From positions 1 to 55,457 of IMG/VR virus record IMGVR_UViG_3300020472_000032: a stretch of DNA of 55,457 nucleotides; one strand, given 5' to 3'. Source of the DNA: a virus. Its lineage: Duplodnaviria; Caudoviricetes. Each line of letters opens with the position of its first letter. Position 1 is the stretch's first letter. A program made the position numbers and the translations under genes. Below the pieces are notes generated by a model. The model saw only the letters and a program-made list of their open reading frames with translations. It ran no database searches and was not told the DNA's origin. This document shows, piece after piece, positions 8,213 through 17,501 of this stretch.

Positions 8213-9660
8213 ATATAATCAACTTTCTGCACGTTAAAAGGGTAGTGTGCTTCCCTATAGAACTTCTTTCGTTGTGTAAGATGCCTTTTGCTAAACTTAC
8301 AACTAGAAGTTATATCCCAAATTTGAATGTGATCTTTGTCTTTAGCTTTACGAATACCACGCCCTATGCTTTGTATTACTCTTACAAAAGACTTACCAGG
8401 CTCAATAAGAACAAGATTGAAGATGCGAGGTATATTGATTCCCACCGAGGCGACTCCATAAGTCGCAACAACAACCATATTCGTAGATTCGTTAATTTCA
8501 GTATAAGTGTCTTTCCTGTCTGCACTTTTCATTGCTCCTTTCACAAAGGTTGCATTTGGTAGCAGTTCTTGTAGCTTTTCACCACACTTAATGCGATCAA
8601 CAAGAACTAATGTATTACCATTCTTGCTCATTTCATCTATAAGGCCACTAATATAATTTAGCCTCTTTGGATCTGTTACCAAATATGTTAGCTCACTTTG
8701 ATAGTTTGGAAAGTCGGCTGTATCTTGCATTTGTATAACATCAATATTACACTCTGCTAATACGCCTTCTTCTTGTAATTCATGTGCAGATAGTTTGTTT
8801 ATAACTTGTCCTAAACTAGCACGTATGCCAAAAAACTCGTGTTGGTCTTTAGGTATTGTACCTGTTAATCCCCAACGTAATGGAACATTGCTAAATGGTC
8901 CTGTTAGTAGTTTCTTTAATACATCTGCTTTTGCTTGGTGAACTTCGTCTACCATAACACATATTACACCTTCTAAAAACTCATTTAAACTAGTTTCGCT
9001 TAACCCATCTCTAAAACGTTTTTCCATACTGTTTAAACTCTGCCATGTGCAGATAGTATGTGTTTTATCCAGTTCTTTCTTATCGCCAAAGTATACACCA
9101 ACATCTAAACCCATGTTATCGTAATCTTCAGCAGTCTGACGCACTAAATCTTTGTTTGGTACTATTACTACAGTTCTGCCATACTGTTCTACACGTTCAC
9201 TGAGTGATGCAGTAATTAATGTTTTACCTGCACCTGTTGCAATCTCTTGTACACATTGTGGTGTATCTAAAAACTGATTTATAATATCAACTTGGTAATC
9301 ACGTAGCACAATAGGTTCTCCTTCAATAGGGTGTCCCTTTGGCCATGTTAAATTTGTATATGTATTTTCTTCTACTGCTTCTGTAGCAAAATCTACATGC
9401 TGTCTATTATCTTGTAAATCTATTTCATACCCATCTGCTTCAAGCAATGGTAATATTTCATCTAGTAGATTAATATATGTGCTACCACCCATGCTAAAGT
9501 ATTGTATAGTACCATCCCATCTTCCTAGTTTATAAGCAGGAACATGATATGCATAAGGTAAAAAGAACTTTAGCTTGTCCATACATTTACGCCTGGTACT
9601 TGTAGCTAGTCCTTCTACTTTACAATTTACTTCATCTTTAAGTACAATTTTACATTTCAT
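8209..9660 (-). CDS. uvsW: UvsW-like SF2 DNA helicase
   Basis: LRDYQ, ATGAGKT, DEVH, GLTGT, GINIP, QSIGRGIR; N-terminal WDG motif. Confidence 0.93.
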   Translation of the reverse strand: MKCKIVLKDEVNCKVEGLATSTRRKCMDKLKFFLPYAYHVPAYKLGRWDGTIQYFSMGGSTYINLLDEILPLLEADGYEIDLQDNRQHVDFATEAVEENTYTNLTWPKGHPIEGEPIVLRDYQVDIINQFLDTPQCVQEIATGAGKTLITASLSERVEQYGRTVVIVPNKDLVRQTAEDYDNMGLDVGVYFGDKKELDKTHTICTWQSLNSMEKRFRDGLSETSLNEFLEGVICVMVDEVHQAKADVLKKLLTGPFSNVPLRWGLTGTIPKDQHEFFGIRASLGQVINKLSAHELQEEGVLAECNIDVIQMQDTADFPNYQSELTYLVTDPKRLNYISGLIDEMSKNGNTLVLVDRIKCGEKLQELLPNATFVKGAMKSADRKDTYTEINESTNMVVVATYGVASVGINIPRIFNLVLIEPGKSFVRVIQSIGRGIRKAKDKDHIQIWDITSSCKFSKRHLTQRKKFYREAHYPFNVQKVDYI

Positions 9661-9666
9661 AATAGT

Positions 9667-9695
9667 AGTTTACACTCTTTCTTCTAATATGTCAA
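9667..9695 (-). promoter_or_regulatory. sigma70-type promoter for uvsW operon
   Basis: TTGACA (9695-9690)-17 nt-TAAACT (9672-9667), then 6 nt to the ATG. Confidence 0.65.
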
Positions 9696-10320
9696 GATTA
9701 CGTTGCCACCATAATTTTTTTAATTCATTGAATTGATCGTGATCAAGTTTAATAGAGAACCTACGATTTAAGTAATGAAAAAGTCGTTCACTTTCTTTAG
9801 TTGAATTCCAAAATTGAAATGGATCTAAACATTTAAAATCCTGATTAGGTAAATGTTTTAAGTGTAAATTTAATTGTTCTGGTGTTATATAAAGGTCACC
9901 TTTATTTGTTGTTAGTTTCATATCATGTAACCCTGCACAAAATTTACCTGCTTTTTTATTTGTTGCTATTAGAAAAATAAAAACACTATTCCAATCCTCA
10001 AATGATTTAATCATTTGTTGAGTATGCTTTAGATGTTTATATTTTAATATTAGTATCCAGTTTGCATGTTGCCTATGTAAGTTAATAAGTGTATCGTCGG
10101 TTGCCCAAGATGGATCTAATTCCATACTAGGAACATGACCTTTATCCTTACTCCAACTTTCATAATTTAAATTAATGTGCTGACCATAAACATTCCATTT
10201 GTTTTTGTCATGGTCATAATAAACCTTCTGTGTCACAAAAGGTGTTTGTTGGCTTAGAGCCCACGTTAAGAACTCACCTCCTGCTCCTGGTTGATATACT
10301 ATGTTTACTACTTTTTTCAT
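9670..10320 (-). CDS. hypothetical protein, possible degenerate P-loop/sulfotransferase-like fold
   Basis: N-terminal IVYQPGAGGEFLTWAL loop; start moved to ATG 10320 because the upstream extension lies inside a terminator. Confidence 0.55.
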   Translation of the reverse strand: MKKVVNIVYQPGAGGEFLTWALSQQTPFVTQKVYYDHDKNKWNVYGQHINLNYESWSKDKGHVPSMELDPSWATDDTLINLHRQHANWILILKYKHLKHTQQMIKSFEDWNSVFIFLIATNKKAGKFCAGLHDMKLTTNKGDLYITPEQLNLHLKHLPNQDFKCLDPFQFWNSTKESERLFHYLNRRFSIKLDHDQFNELKKLWWQRNLDILEERV

Positions 10321-10328
10321 ATTAATAT

Positions 10329-10362
10329 AAAAGTGGGAAGGAGCCAATTAAGACTCCTCCCC
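10329..10362 (-). terminator. intrinsic terminator after AAA ATPase
   Basis: GGGGAGGAGTC-ttaatt-GGCTCCTTCCC followed by ACTTTT. Confidence 0.7.
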
Positions 10363-10407
10363 TACGGTCCATTGGAGTGAGAGAGGGCGTAGGTTGGACC
10401 GTGACCC

Positions 10408-11250
10408 TTAGCTGACTACTCGCTTCATGCAAGTAACCTCAACATATCGTTTCCATGTCTTAGGTTGATGTTTCATCAAATCAGCAATCTTTGTTACCAT
10501 TCGCAAACTAACTTCTCTCAATTTTTCTTTGTTTGCGGCCATGTAATTCATTAATGCAGTTTCCTGCGACTTTTCAAATTTGTAATCCGAAAGCATACCG
10601 TCTTTAACCAACTGCTTACACCTTAGGAACTTGTCCCTCATAGTATCAAGTGTAAGATCTAAATAGTGACATCTAGACATAATAGCATCTAGGTGATCTT
10701 TAAGTTTACCTCTTGTACCTTCGAACTTTAAGTTTGTAATAAAGATAACCGAACCTTTAAATTCAAATCTATCAGGAATACCTTCACGTCTTAAAAGTGA
10801 ACTATCTGTATTCCAACTTAGGAACCTATGTTTACTACTATCTAGAGCCGCCTTAAGCAAGTTCAAACTAGTTTCATCATGTAATACTGTATCACAGTCG
10901 TCCATAACCAACACAGACCCTTTGTCTGAATTTTCATAAAGAACTTTGTACAAACCAATGGCACTAGAAGCACCTTTAATAACTTGGAAACGATCTCGTT
11001 TACCAGCCATTTTATCGAACATTCTGTTTTCGTTAAGCACTTGCTCAACACCAAATGATTTACCAACACCTGGAGGTCCAGTAACAACCATACCTCTAAC
11101 AACACCATCAACTGATGCTTGTGTCATATCATTTAAGATATCAAATCGTTCACGTAAACGTTTGATAATTTGAACATCTGTTTCTACAGGCTTTTCGGCC
11201 TTCTTAACACTTACTTTTGTATTTTTGGAAATTTTTAATTTAGTAGCCAT
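10408..11250 (-). CDS. AAA+-type ATPase
   Basis: Walker A GPPGVGKS, Walker B LVMDDCD, sensor IFITN, SR finger; GGAG RBS before ATG 11250. Confidence 0.85.
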   Translation of the reverse strand: MATKLKISKNTKVSVKKAEKPVETDVQIIKRLRERFDILNDMTQASVDGVVRGMVVTGPPGVGKSFGVEQVLNENRMFDKMAGKRDRFQVIKGASSAIGLYKVLYENSDKGSVLVMDDCDTVLHDETSLNLLKAALDSSKHRFLSWNTDSSLLRREGIPDRFEFKGSVIFITNLKFEGTRGKLKDHLDAIMSRCHYLDLTLDTMRDKFLRCKQLVKDGMLSDYKFEKSQETALMNYMAANKEKLREVSLRMVTKIADLMKHQPKTWKRYVEVTCMKRVVS

Positions 11251-11290
11251 GTGTCTCACTCCTTGACTTGTTTTTATTACCTACACTATT

Positions 11291-11319
11291 ATAATACGAC
11301 AGGGTGCATAAAAGGTCAA
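11291..11319 (-). promoter_or_regulatory. sigma70-type early promoter
   Basis: TTGACC-17 nt-TATTAT with A-rich upstream. Confidence 0.7.
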
Positions 11320-12044
11320 CCTTTTATTTCCTCTATTTTCATATAATTTAACATTGTTTCTTTACAATTAGTGTATTTGCTAATTTCATGTCCTTTAATT
11401 CTAGCATTAATGCTTATTACTTTACCATCCATAACTTTTGTTAGATCTGGATCTTTATTCCAGAAAAACTTAACAATATGTTTATCATCATAAACTGTGG
11501 TTACAATAAAGTTACCAAAGTTTCGTAGATATTTGATATCGATTACCTTTAAATCCATTGATATTCTACCACTTACTTTACCTACATACTCACTAGTACG
11601 TTTATATTTTGACATCATATCTGAAAATTCTTCACGTTTTTGATCAACACCAAAACTTTTAGGTAAACTGGCGGCAACACTAACACCAAATTTATCTACT
11701 GTAGAATTCATTATAAATCCTGCAACTCTATCTTCAAATCCATTTAGTTGATCACTAAGTTTTTTGAAAGTCAAACTCTGTTGAAAATGTTCAGTGATTT
11801 CTTTTGCACGATCACTAATAGTTGGATCAGTTTCAACTAATTTTAAACAAGCCGAAGCATGTTTATCTTTTGCTTGATTATTGTCTAACATAAAACCAAT
11901 AACAGTTTTGTTATCGTGGTGTCTAGTTTCTTTTTCTTGATCATACCAACCATTACCACTGCTAATAAAACCTTGATAATCAGTAACTGCAACGGCATAT
12001 TGCATTACAGTAGTAATATCGTATTGTGCTTTAGGCTTAGCCAT
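11316..12044 (-). CDS. hypothetical early protein with possible C-terminal OB-fold
   Basis: SEYVG...KETMLNY C-terminal pattern; GGAG RBS. Confidence 0.65.
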   Translation of the reverse strand: MAKPKAQYDITTVMQYAVAVTDYQGFISSGNGWYDQEKETRHHDNKTVIGFMLDNNQAKDKHASACLKLVETDPTISDRAKEITEHFQQSLTFKKLSDQLNGFEDRVAGFIMNSTVDKFGVSVAASLPKSFGVDQKREEFSDMMSKYKRTSEYVGKVSGRISMDLKVIDIKYLRNFGNFIVTTVYDDKHIVKFFWNKDPDLTKVMDGKVISINARIKGHEISKYTNCKETMLNYMKIEEIKG

Positions 12045-12210
12045 TTGATTCTTGCTCCATGTATTCTTCTAATTTTGCAACTTCTGCTTTTTTGTTATTA
12101 AGCATTGTTTCTAGCGAACTCATTGCCATTCGCTTTTCATCACTTGCACCTTCATCTAATGCTATTAGTGCATTTTCTAAAACATTAATATCTTCAAATA
12201 GTTCTACCAT
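12037..12210 (-). CDS. small hypothetical protein (57 aa, below ORF-track cutoff)
   Basis: MVELFEDINVLENALIALDEGASDEKRMAMSSLETMLNNKKAEVAKLEEYMEQESNG*; fills the gap and overlaps the next start. Confidence 0.7.
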   Translation of the reverse strand: MVELFEDINVLENALIALDEGASDEKRMAMSSLETMLNNKKAEVAKLEEYMEQESNG

Positions 12211-12211
12211 T

Positions 12212-12427
12212 TTATATATCCCAACAATTTTTAACTTTTCTATAGTTGATTGCGTCTATACAACCCATTCTGTCCTTCATACCCAACGGACCTTTTTCCT
12301 TCATAAACATTTTCATTACTTTTTCCTTAGAAGACTTTTTAGTTTGACCTACTGTTCTAAGTGTATAAGTTTTACGTCTTCCTTGAAGTGGTGTAACGTA
12401 TGTAAATGTTAATTTTGTTTCTATCAT
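12212..12427 (-). CDS. small hypothetical protein
   Basis: Directly downstream of a sigma70 promoter. Confidence 0.65.
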   Translation of the reverse strand: MIETKLTFTYVTPLQGRRKTYTLRTVGQTKKSSKEKVMKMFMKEKGPLGMKDRMGCIDAINYRKVKNCWDI

Positions 12428-12453
12428 AATAGTCTTTCTTTTGTTATACTATT

Positions 12454-12482
12454 ATAGTAAGACATCTTGCTATAGATGTCAA
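12454..12482 (-). promoter_or_regulatory. sigma70-type early promoter with inverted repeat
   Basis: TTGACA-17 nt-TACTAT; GACATCT-n6-AGATGTC inverted repeat at 12461-12480. Confidence 0.75.
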
Positions 12483-12649
12483 CCTTTTTTTGGAAAAACC
12501 CATTTTACAATAGTAAATGTTGGGTCATTGGTTTTAAAAATTGCGATTGGACCAACTGTTTTGGCCGCTTTTTTTGCTTGTTTCTCTGCATCAGCTAGAG
12601 TTAAACCACTGCGGATAGTTCCTATTTTATCAGAAAACACATCAAACAT
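12479..12649 (-). CDS. small hypothetical protein (56 aa, below ORF-track cutoff)
   Basis: MFDVFSDKIGTIRSGLTLADAEKQAKKAAKTVG...WVFPKKG*; GGAG RBS, TAATG coupling. Confidence 0.65.
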   Translation of the reverse strand: MFDVFSDKIGTIRSGLTLADAEKQAKKAAKTVGPIAIFKTNDPTFTIVKWVFPKKG

Positions 12650-12804
12650 TATCTTGTCTCCTTATTATATACATTGTATGCATCAATTGTACTACATTTT
12701 ACTGCATACGGATTACGAACTATAAAAATTAATAATTCTTCAAAAGTCATACCTAAAAATTCTGCTTCTTTTTTAAGAACAGTTGTTGCACCTTTTAATC
12801 TCAT
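12649..12804 (-). CDS. small hypothetical protein
   Basis: MRLKGATTVLKKEAEFLGMTFEELL...; TAATG coupling at both ends. Confidence 0.65.
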   Translation of the reverse strand: MRLKGATTVLKKEAEFLGMTFEELLIFIVRNPYAVKCSTIDAYNVYNKETR

Positions 12805-13148
12805 TATGCTACTTCCTTCCAACCAACACTGGCACAAACAAACTGGTTCCCAGTTTCATCTTCAATAATATCAGCAACACTTACTGAATGCATTGGAGCC
12901 AATCTCTCAATGTTTTCTTCAGGACCAATGTTACCTACTTCAAACACTTTTTCTAAACCGTCAGCAGTAATGTTAGATACGTGTGTATACCAACCATTAT
13001 CCATTGCAGTTTTTGCTAATGAACCTACATCTTCAGCAAAAGACATATCCAACTTGGCCATATGCTTAGGAACACTATCATGTCCTTCTGCATTTACTTT
13101 ATTGTATTCAGCTTCAGTTAGATGTATTTGGAAAACTTTAAATTTCAT
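12804..13148 (-). CDS. YodL-like domain protein
   Basis: VFQI...LEKVFEVGN...MHSVSVADII...VGW matches the YodL HSLSVSDIV pattern; GAGG RBS. Confidence 0.65.
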   Translation of the reverse strand: MKFKVFQIHLTEAEYNKVNAEGHDSVPKHMAKLDMSFAEDVGSLAKTAMDNGWYTHVSNITADGLEKVFEVGNIGPEENIERLAPMHSVSVADIIEDETGNQFVCASVGWKEVA

Positions 13149-13178
13149 TACGACCTCTTTTTGTTAACTTATACTAAT

Positions 13179-13207
13179 AGTATAAGACATCTTGGTGTAA
13201 TGGTCAA
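13179..13207 (-). promoter_or_regulatory. sigma70-type early promoter
   Basis: TTGACC-17 nt-TATACT; shares a 12-bp spacer motif with the 12454-12482 promoter. Confidence 0.75.
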
Positions 13208-13216
13208 CCTCTTTTT

Positions 13217-13675
13217 TTAAAGAGTTACGTCTTCTAAGCCAGCCGCTCTAATTTTTGTGATATTATTAAGTTGAAATTGTTTAGCATCTAATGCTTTTAT
13301 TAAACCTAGATACTTGTTACGAACTAATGCAAATTCATTTACTAAATGTTGTAAATCTATTACATCAGAATCCCCTTCTGCAAACTTTTCAGCATCTCTG
13401 CTACTTAATGCACGGTTGTAACTTTCTATATATGTACGGAATTTTTTACTTTTGAGCTTACGTAACTCAATATTAAGAAACTCCAGTATTGCTTCAACTT
13501 CTTGTAGTTGATTGAATCTATGTTCAACAATGCCTGGGATTTCTCTACTATTTTTTTCTAAGTTACCTTTAAGACTGCATTCAGGCCTAGCTTGATCTAG
13601 TTCAGTATTATAACTATCTATTGCTTCGGGTAACTTACTTAGGTCTTTTGTGAGTGTATTAAACCAACTACTCAT
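13217..13675 (-). CDS. uvsY: UvsY-like recombination mediator
   Basis: Helical protein of about 150 aa near uvsX; C-terminal KALDAKQFQLNNITKIRAAG. Confidence 0.75.
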   Translation of the reverse strand: MSSWFNTLTKDLSKLPEAIDSYNTELDQARPECSLKGNLEKNSREIPGIVEHRFNQLQEVEAILEFLNIELRKLKSKKFRTYIESYNRALSSRDAEKFAEGDSDVIDLQHLVNEFALVRNKYLGLIKALDAKQFQLNNITKIRAAGLEDVTL

Positions 13676-13928
13676 CCCATTCTTCTTCGAGCCATTCGTC
13701 CTCGTCGTCCTCTGTTTCCTCAAACTCTGCTACTAAATTTAAAGCACGATCAAGGTAATTGTCAAGTCCATAAAACTCTTCATAGATATTATCTATATCA
13801 AGTCCGCTACCGAGAAGGGTTTGTACAAACCCTTCGGCGGCGTCATTTTTATCTTTAGTGGCTATATGTTGTTTAAGTGAACTCCATACTTCAACTAAAA
13901 TTTCACTCTCGTTCGTCGATAATCTCAT
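13668..13928 (-). CDS. acidic hypothetical protein
   Basis: Between uvsX and uvsY, overlaps both; acidic tail. Confidence 0.7.
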   Translation of the reverse strand: MRLSTNESEILVEVWSSLKQHIATKDKNDAAEGFVQTLLGSGLDIDNIYEEFYGLDNYLDRALNLVAEFEETEDDEDEWLEEEWDE

Positions 13929-15003
13929 CTACTGGTATCTCCTGTAATGGCTGTTCGCTTGATTCAGGTTCAGGTAAGTCCTTTGTGCCCCATTCGTCCA
14001 TTATTAACTGTAATTTATCTCCTGTCCATTGTTTTCTGAAATAACTATGAACTTCGCCAGTTGCAGGACTTGTGTATGCCAATTTATTACCAGTTTTAGT
14101 AAGAATTCCAATGGATTCACATAACTCAACAAAACCACTGTATGGATTCATACCAGTTTCATATGGAATCTTAATTTGCACACTTTCAAAAGGTTTAGCA
14201 AAACGAGTTTTCATTACCTTACAGGCGGCTCTAATACCTTGTACTGTAGATACTTTGTTACCATCTAAATCTTCTTTAAGTTTAAGTTTTCGCATTGCAA
14301 CAACAATACTACTTGCATAGATAAAGCCTTGTCCACCTGATATTTTATCATCTGGATCAAACATATCCTGTGATGCATAAGTGTGGTTTGTTGCTACTAA
14401 TCCAATGTTATAATCACCAAACATGTTTACACAATTTCTAACTAAGGCTGTTAGTGCTTTAGGTTTACGACCCATATCACCTTTCATATCGCCTTTAGTA
14501 AACTGATCAACATCTGTAGGTGTTAACATCATACCTAAACTATCTACTACAAATAATACTTTAGGTCGATCTGCTTCATCTTTATCAGCATAATCTGCTT
14601 TATACTCTTTAGTAAAATCACTAATAACTTTAGCAACATCATCAATCATTGCTACGTTTAGTTTCATTAGTTTATCTTCACTAGTATCTACGTTTAAAGC
14701 AGTTAGCCATTTTTCGTCTAATGCATTTTCACTATCAATTAGAATACAAAAAATATCTTGTTTTTGTGCTTCTCTTATTAAGTTACCACTGCATATAAAA
14801 CTTTTACCAGCACCCGATTCTCCAGCGAATACTGTTACTTTACCTAGTGGTACACCTTTATGAAAGTCACCACTTATAAGTTTGTTTAGTGTATAATTAC
14901 CTGTTGAAATCCATGTATCAGGATCTCTAAATCCACTACTGAGTCCAGGCACACTCTTTGTAATACTTTTGCGGAATTTGCTTACGTCAAAAGGTTTTGC
15001 CAT
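13903..15003 (-). CDS. uvsX: RecA-like recombinase UvsX
   Basis: ISTG, AGESGAGKS, IDSENALD, VVDSLG, ATNHTY, ISGG, KTR. Confidence 0.95.
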   Translation of the reverse strand: MAKPFDVSKFRKSITKSVPGLSSGFRDPDTWISTGNYTLNKLISGDFHKGVPLGKVTVFAGESGAGKSFICSGNLIREAQKQDIFCILIDSENALDEKWLTALNVDTSEDKLMKLNVAMIDDVAKVISDFTKEYKADYADKDEADRPKVLFVVDSLGMMLTPTDVDQFTKGDMKGDMGRKPKALTALVRNCVNMFGDYNIGLVATNHTYASQDMFDPDDKISGGQGFIYASSIVVAMRKLKLKEDLDGNKVSTVQGIRAACKVMKTRFAKPFESVQIKIPYETGMNPYSGFVELCESIGILTKTGNKLAYTSPATGEVHSYFRKQWTGDKLQLIMDEWGTKDLPEPESSEQPLQEIPVDEIIDERE

Positions 15004-15020
15004 ATTTGTCTCCTCTAATA

Positions 15021-15047
15021 AGGCAAAGGGACTTTCGCCCCTCTGCT
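15021..15047 (-). terminator. stem-loop after gp32
   Basis: GCAGAGGGGC-GAAA-GTCCCTTTGC hairpin with GNRA loop; weak U tail. Confidence 0.55.
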
Positions 15048-15060
15048 ATTGTTTATCAAA

Positions 15061-16068
15061 TTAATCGCTTTTTCTAGCTCTTATTTTAGCTAAGATATCC
15101 TGAGCACTTGGCTTATCGCCATCAGCAGTTGCTGGTGCAGGCTCTGGAGCAGGTGCCGGTGTTACTGCTTCTGCTACTGGTTCCGGTGTTGGTGCCGGTG
15201 TAGCTTCTGGTTGAGGAGTCGGTGCAGGTGCAGGTGTTGCACTTACTGGGGTTGCCGTTGTTCCACCTTTTGGTGCTGGCATTCCCATAGGACGATAAAA
15301 TTGTCCAAACTCTTCTGGATCATAAAGTTGACCGTCAACTGATGCTTCAAACATACGTTTGATGCCATCAATTTGCTCAGCACTTGGCCTTGCAGGCATA
15401 AAGTCATTTAGATTATGCAAACCATTTGCTTCAATAGCATCTAGTTCGTTTTGATCTAAACTACGTTCACGTCTGGACCAGTTACTGGTACTATAGTCAG
15501 CATATTGACCTTTTGTAGTTTTATGAATTTTAAAGTCTGTGCCTTCGTTAGCATCTGTTGGTAGAGCCGGGAAGTCCGGATCCATCAATGCTTGTTTAAT
15601 AATATTAAAGATTTGCGGACCCATAATAAACCTTCGAATTGGATTCTCTGGTGATGCGTCTTCTTGCAGATCACTGTTAACTACAAAGCCTTGAAAAATA
15701 TAAGAACGTTTCTTCCAATACTTCCTACCCATGTCTTCAAGACTTGGATCTTTAAACCATGCACGTACTTCTTGCAGTACTGGACAAGAACCAGTTGGTT
15801 CCCACATTTCCATGCAAGGTACATTTACTGTAACTCGTTTGCTATCAGCTTGACCTTTAATGCCAGCAAAATCCAAACGAATCATTTGACGTTCACGCCA
15901 AAAGAAATCGTTGGTAGTATCACCATCGTTTAAAAATCTAACTGTTGCGGAAGTATTTTCTGCTAAGTTCCAGAAAGGAAATATTGCGTTATCTCCACCT
16001 GAGGATCTGGAATTTCCTGTATTTTCTTGTGCAAGTAGCTTTGCACGAATTTCTGCCAATGTTGCCAT
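15061..16068 (-). CDS. 32: single-stranded DNA-binding protein (T4 gp32-like)
   Basis: VRFL.DGD, CPVL, KRSY, IRRF, GTDF, YADYSTSNW; Pro/Ala linker before C-terminal helix. Confidence 0.9.
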   Translation of the reverse strand: MATLAEIRAKLLAQENTGNSRSSGGDNAIFPFWNLAENTSATVRFLNDGDTTNDFFWRERQMIRLDFAGIKGQADSKRVTVNVPCMEMWEPTGSCPVLQEVRAWFKDPSLEDMGRKYWKKRSYIFQGFVVNSDLQEDASPENPIRRFIMGPQIFNIIKQALMDPDFPALPTDANEGTDFKIHKTTKGQYADYSTSNWSRRERSLDQNELDAIEANGLHNLNDFMPARPSAEQIDGIKRMFEASVDGQLYDPEEFGQFYRPMGMPAPKGGTTATPVSATPAPAPTPQPEATPAPTPEPVAEAVTPAPAPEPAPATADGDKPSAQDILAKIRARKSD

Positions 16069-16125
16069 AATGTTTTCTCCTATATGTGCCTAATGTATTG
16101 CCAATTTGTTTGACTATAATTACTC

Positions 16126-16154
16126 AGTATACAGCCAAACAACAAATAAGTCAA
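16126..16154 (-). promoter_or_regulatory. sigma70-type promoter for gp32-uvsX-uvsY
   Basis: TTGACT-17 nt-TATACT. Confidence 0.7.
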
Positions 16155-16161
16155 GTAAAAT

Positions 16162-17484
16162 TTAAAACTTTGGTATAAAAATCTCAAATGACTCTTCAAG
16201 TGATTCAACTGCTTGTTCCTGCATACCTGGACCAGTCTCAACTGATACTGATTCCATTGTAGCACTTTTATACAAATAGTCAAGTACTTTCTTTACACCC
16301 ATAATAAGTTTTGGATGCATATTGTGAACATCATCGCTTATTCTAGCAAGATGGTTGCTCACTTTATCGTCTGTAGTACGTTGGGCTAGGTAACCTGCCA
16401 TTGCACTAATCTTTGCGACGATACCATTTGCTCCTCCCCATTTAGATGGGTCTTGAGCTTCTGGATTAGCTGGATCATCAACTTCAACGCCGTTGAATCC
16501 AATGTTCTTCTTGTCTTGTATATATCTAGCTAAAGCGATAGCATTCTCTCTTGCTTCAGCTTTTATATCTCCTTCTTTCATCAAACGTGTAACTACACCT
16601 AATGCATCATTAAGACCTTCGTCAAAATGTTTTGCTGTAAAACGTTCACGCATCTTATTAACTTTAGCAGGTGATATTGTTTCTTTTTTGTTTTGATATT
16701 CACAGGAACATGCTTCGTAATATGCACTTGATTGTAACTTTTTCATATGTTCACGAATTTTGTTTTTCTGTTCTTTTACTGATTCTATTATATCATCATT
16801 GCCTTCTAGTAATCCGTTTTTATTAACCCAACGTTCAAACTTATATAAATCTCCAAGTTCTTTACTTTGTTCAATTATGTGTTGACCAAAGTCATCATAT
16901 GGATTTCCGCCTTCTTTAACATGTCGTAGCATTGCTCTAGCACCAGCTAAATGATTATGTGGATATTGAAATCTTTCACCCGCACTATTCTCAAGGTAAA
17001 TTGCATGGATGTTTCTACTTCTACTGCCACGTACTTCTTCATCTACGGGTTTTTTATGTTTAATAATAATCTTACTGTCTTGAAGATTTTGATAACTTGT
17101 TTTGGTATATCCGTATGGCTTACCATAACTTTCCATTGTGTTTTGTTGCATAGCTACTGTTCCTTGATAAGCGAAGTCCTTGGGTTCTATTTGTTTACTA
17201 AACTTTTGTAGGCTAAACTCAATTAAGTTTTTATGTGCTATCGCTTTTAAGCCTGCAAATAGTTTTCTAAATTCTTGTATAGGACGTTCTCCACCATAGC
17301 TAACACGGATTTCTGACTTGGATTCATTAGTATCGAAGTGAACCATTACTTTACTATCTTTAAGATAAAAACGCTTTGCTTGTGCAGAATCTAATGTACT
17401 TTCGCCCTCTTGAGTGAATAGTACAACATCTTCACCAAATGCTTTTATAAAATCAAAAATCTTATCTGCTATAATGTTTTCCAT
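16162..17484 (-). CDS. late hypothetical protein (likely virion/head-associated)
   Basis: 440-aa ORF downstream of terminase with an exact TATAAATA box upstream. Confidence 0.7.
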   Translation of the reverse strand: MENIIADKIFDFIKAFGEDVVLFTQEGESTLDSAQAKRFYLKDSKVMVHFDTNESKSEIRVSYGGERPIQEFRKLFAGLKAIAHKNLIEFSLQKFSKQIEPKDFAYQGTVAMQQNTMESYGKPYGYTKTSYQNLQDSKIIIKHKKPVDEEVRGSRSRNIHAIYLENSAGERFQYPHNHLAGARAMLRHVKEGGNPYDDFGQHIIEQSKELGDLYKFERWVNKNGLLEGNDDIIESVKEQKNKIREHMKKLQSSAYYEACSCEYQNKKETISPAKVNKMRERFTAKHFDEGLNDALGVVTRLMKEGDIKAEARENAIALARYIQDKKNIGFNGVEVDDPANPEAQDPSKWGGANGIVAKISAMAGYLAQRTTDDKVSNHLARISDDVHNMHPKLIMGVKKVLDYLYKSATMESVSVETGPGMQEQAVESLEESFEIFIPKF

Positions 17485-17489
17485 AATAG

Positions 17490-17497
17490 TATTTATA
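17490..17497 (-). promoter_or_regulatory. T4-type late promoter TATAAATA
   Basis: Exact T4 gp55 consensus, 5 nt before ATG. Confidence 0.7.
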
Positions 17498-17501
17498 CTC
17501 T

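Noticed and set aside
12059-12868. Plus-strand ORFs of 64-117 aa
   Set aside because: Minus-strand small genes with promoters, RBSs and stop/start coupling explain the region
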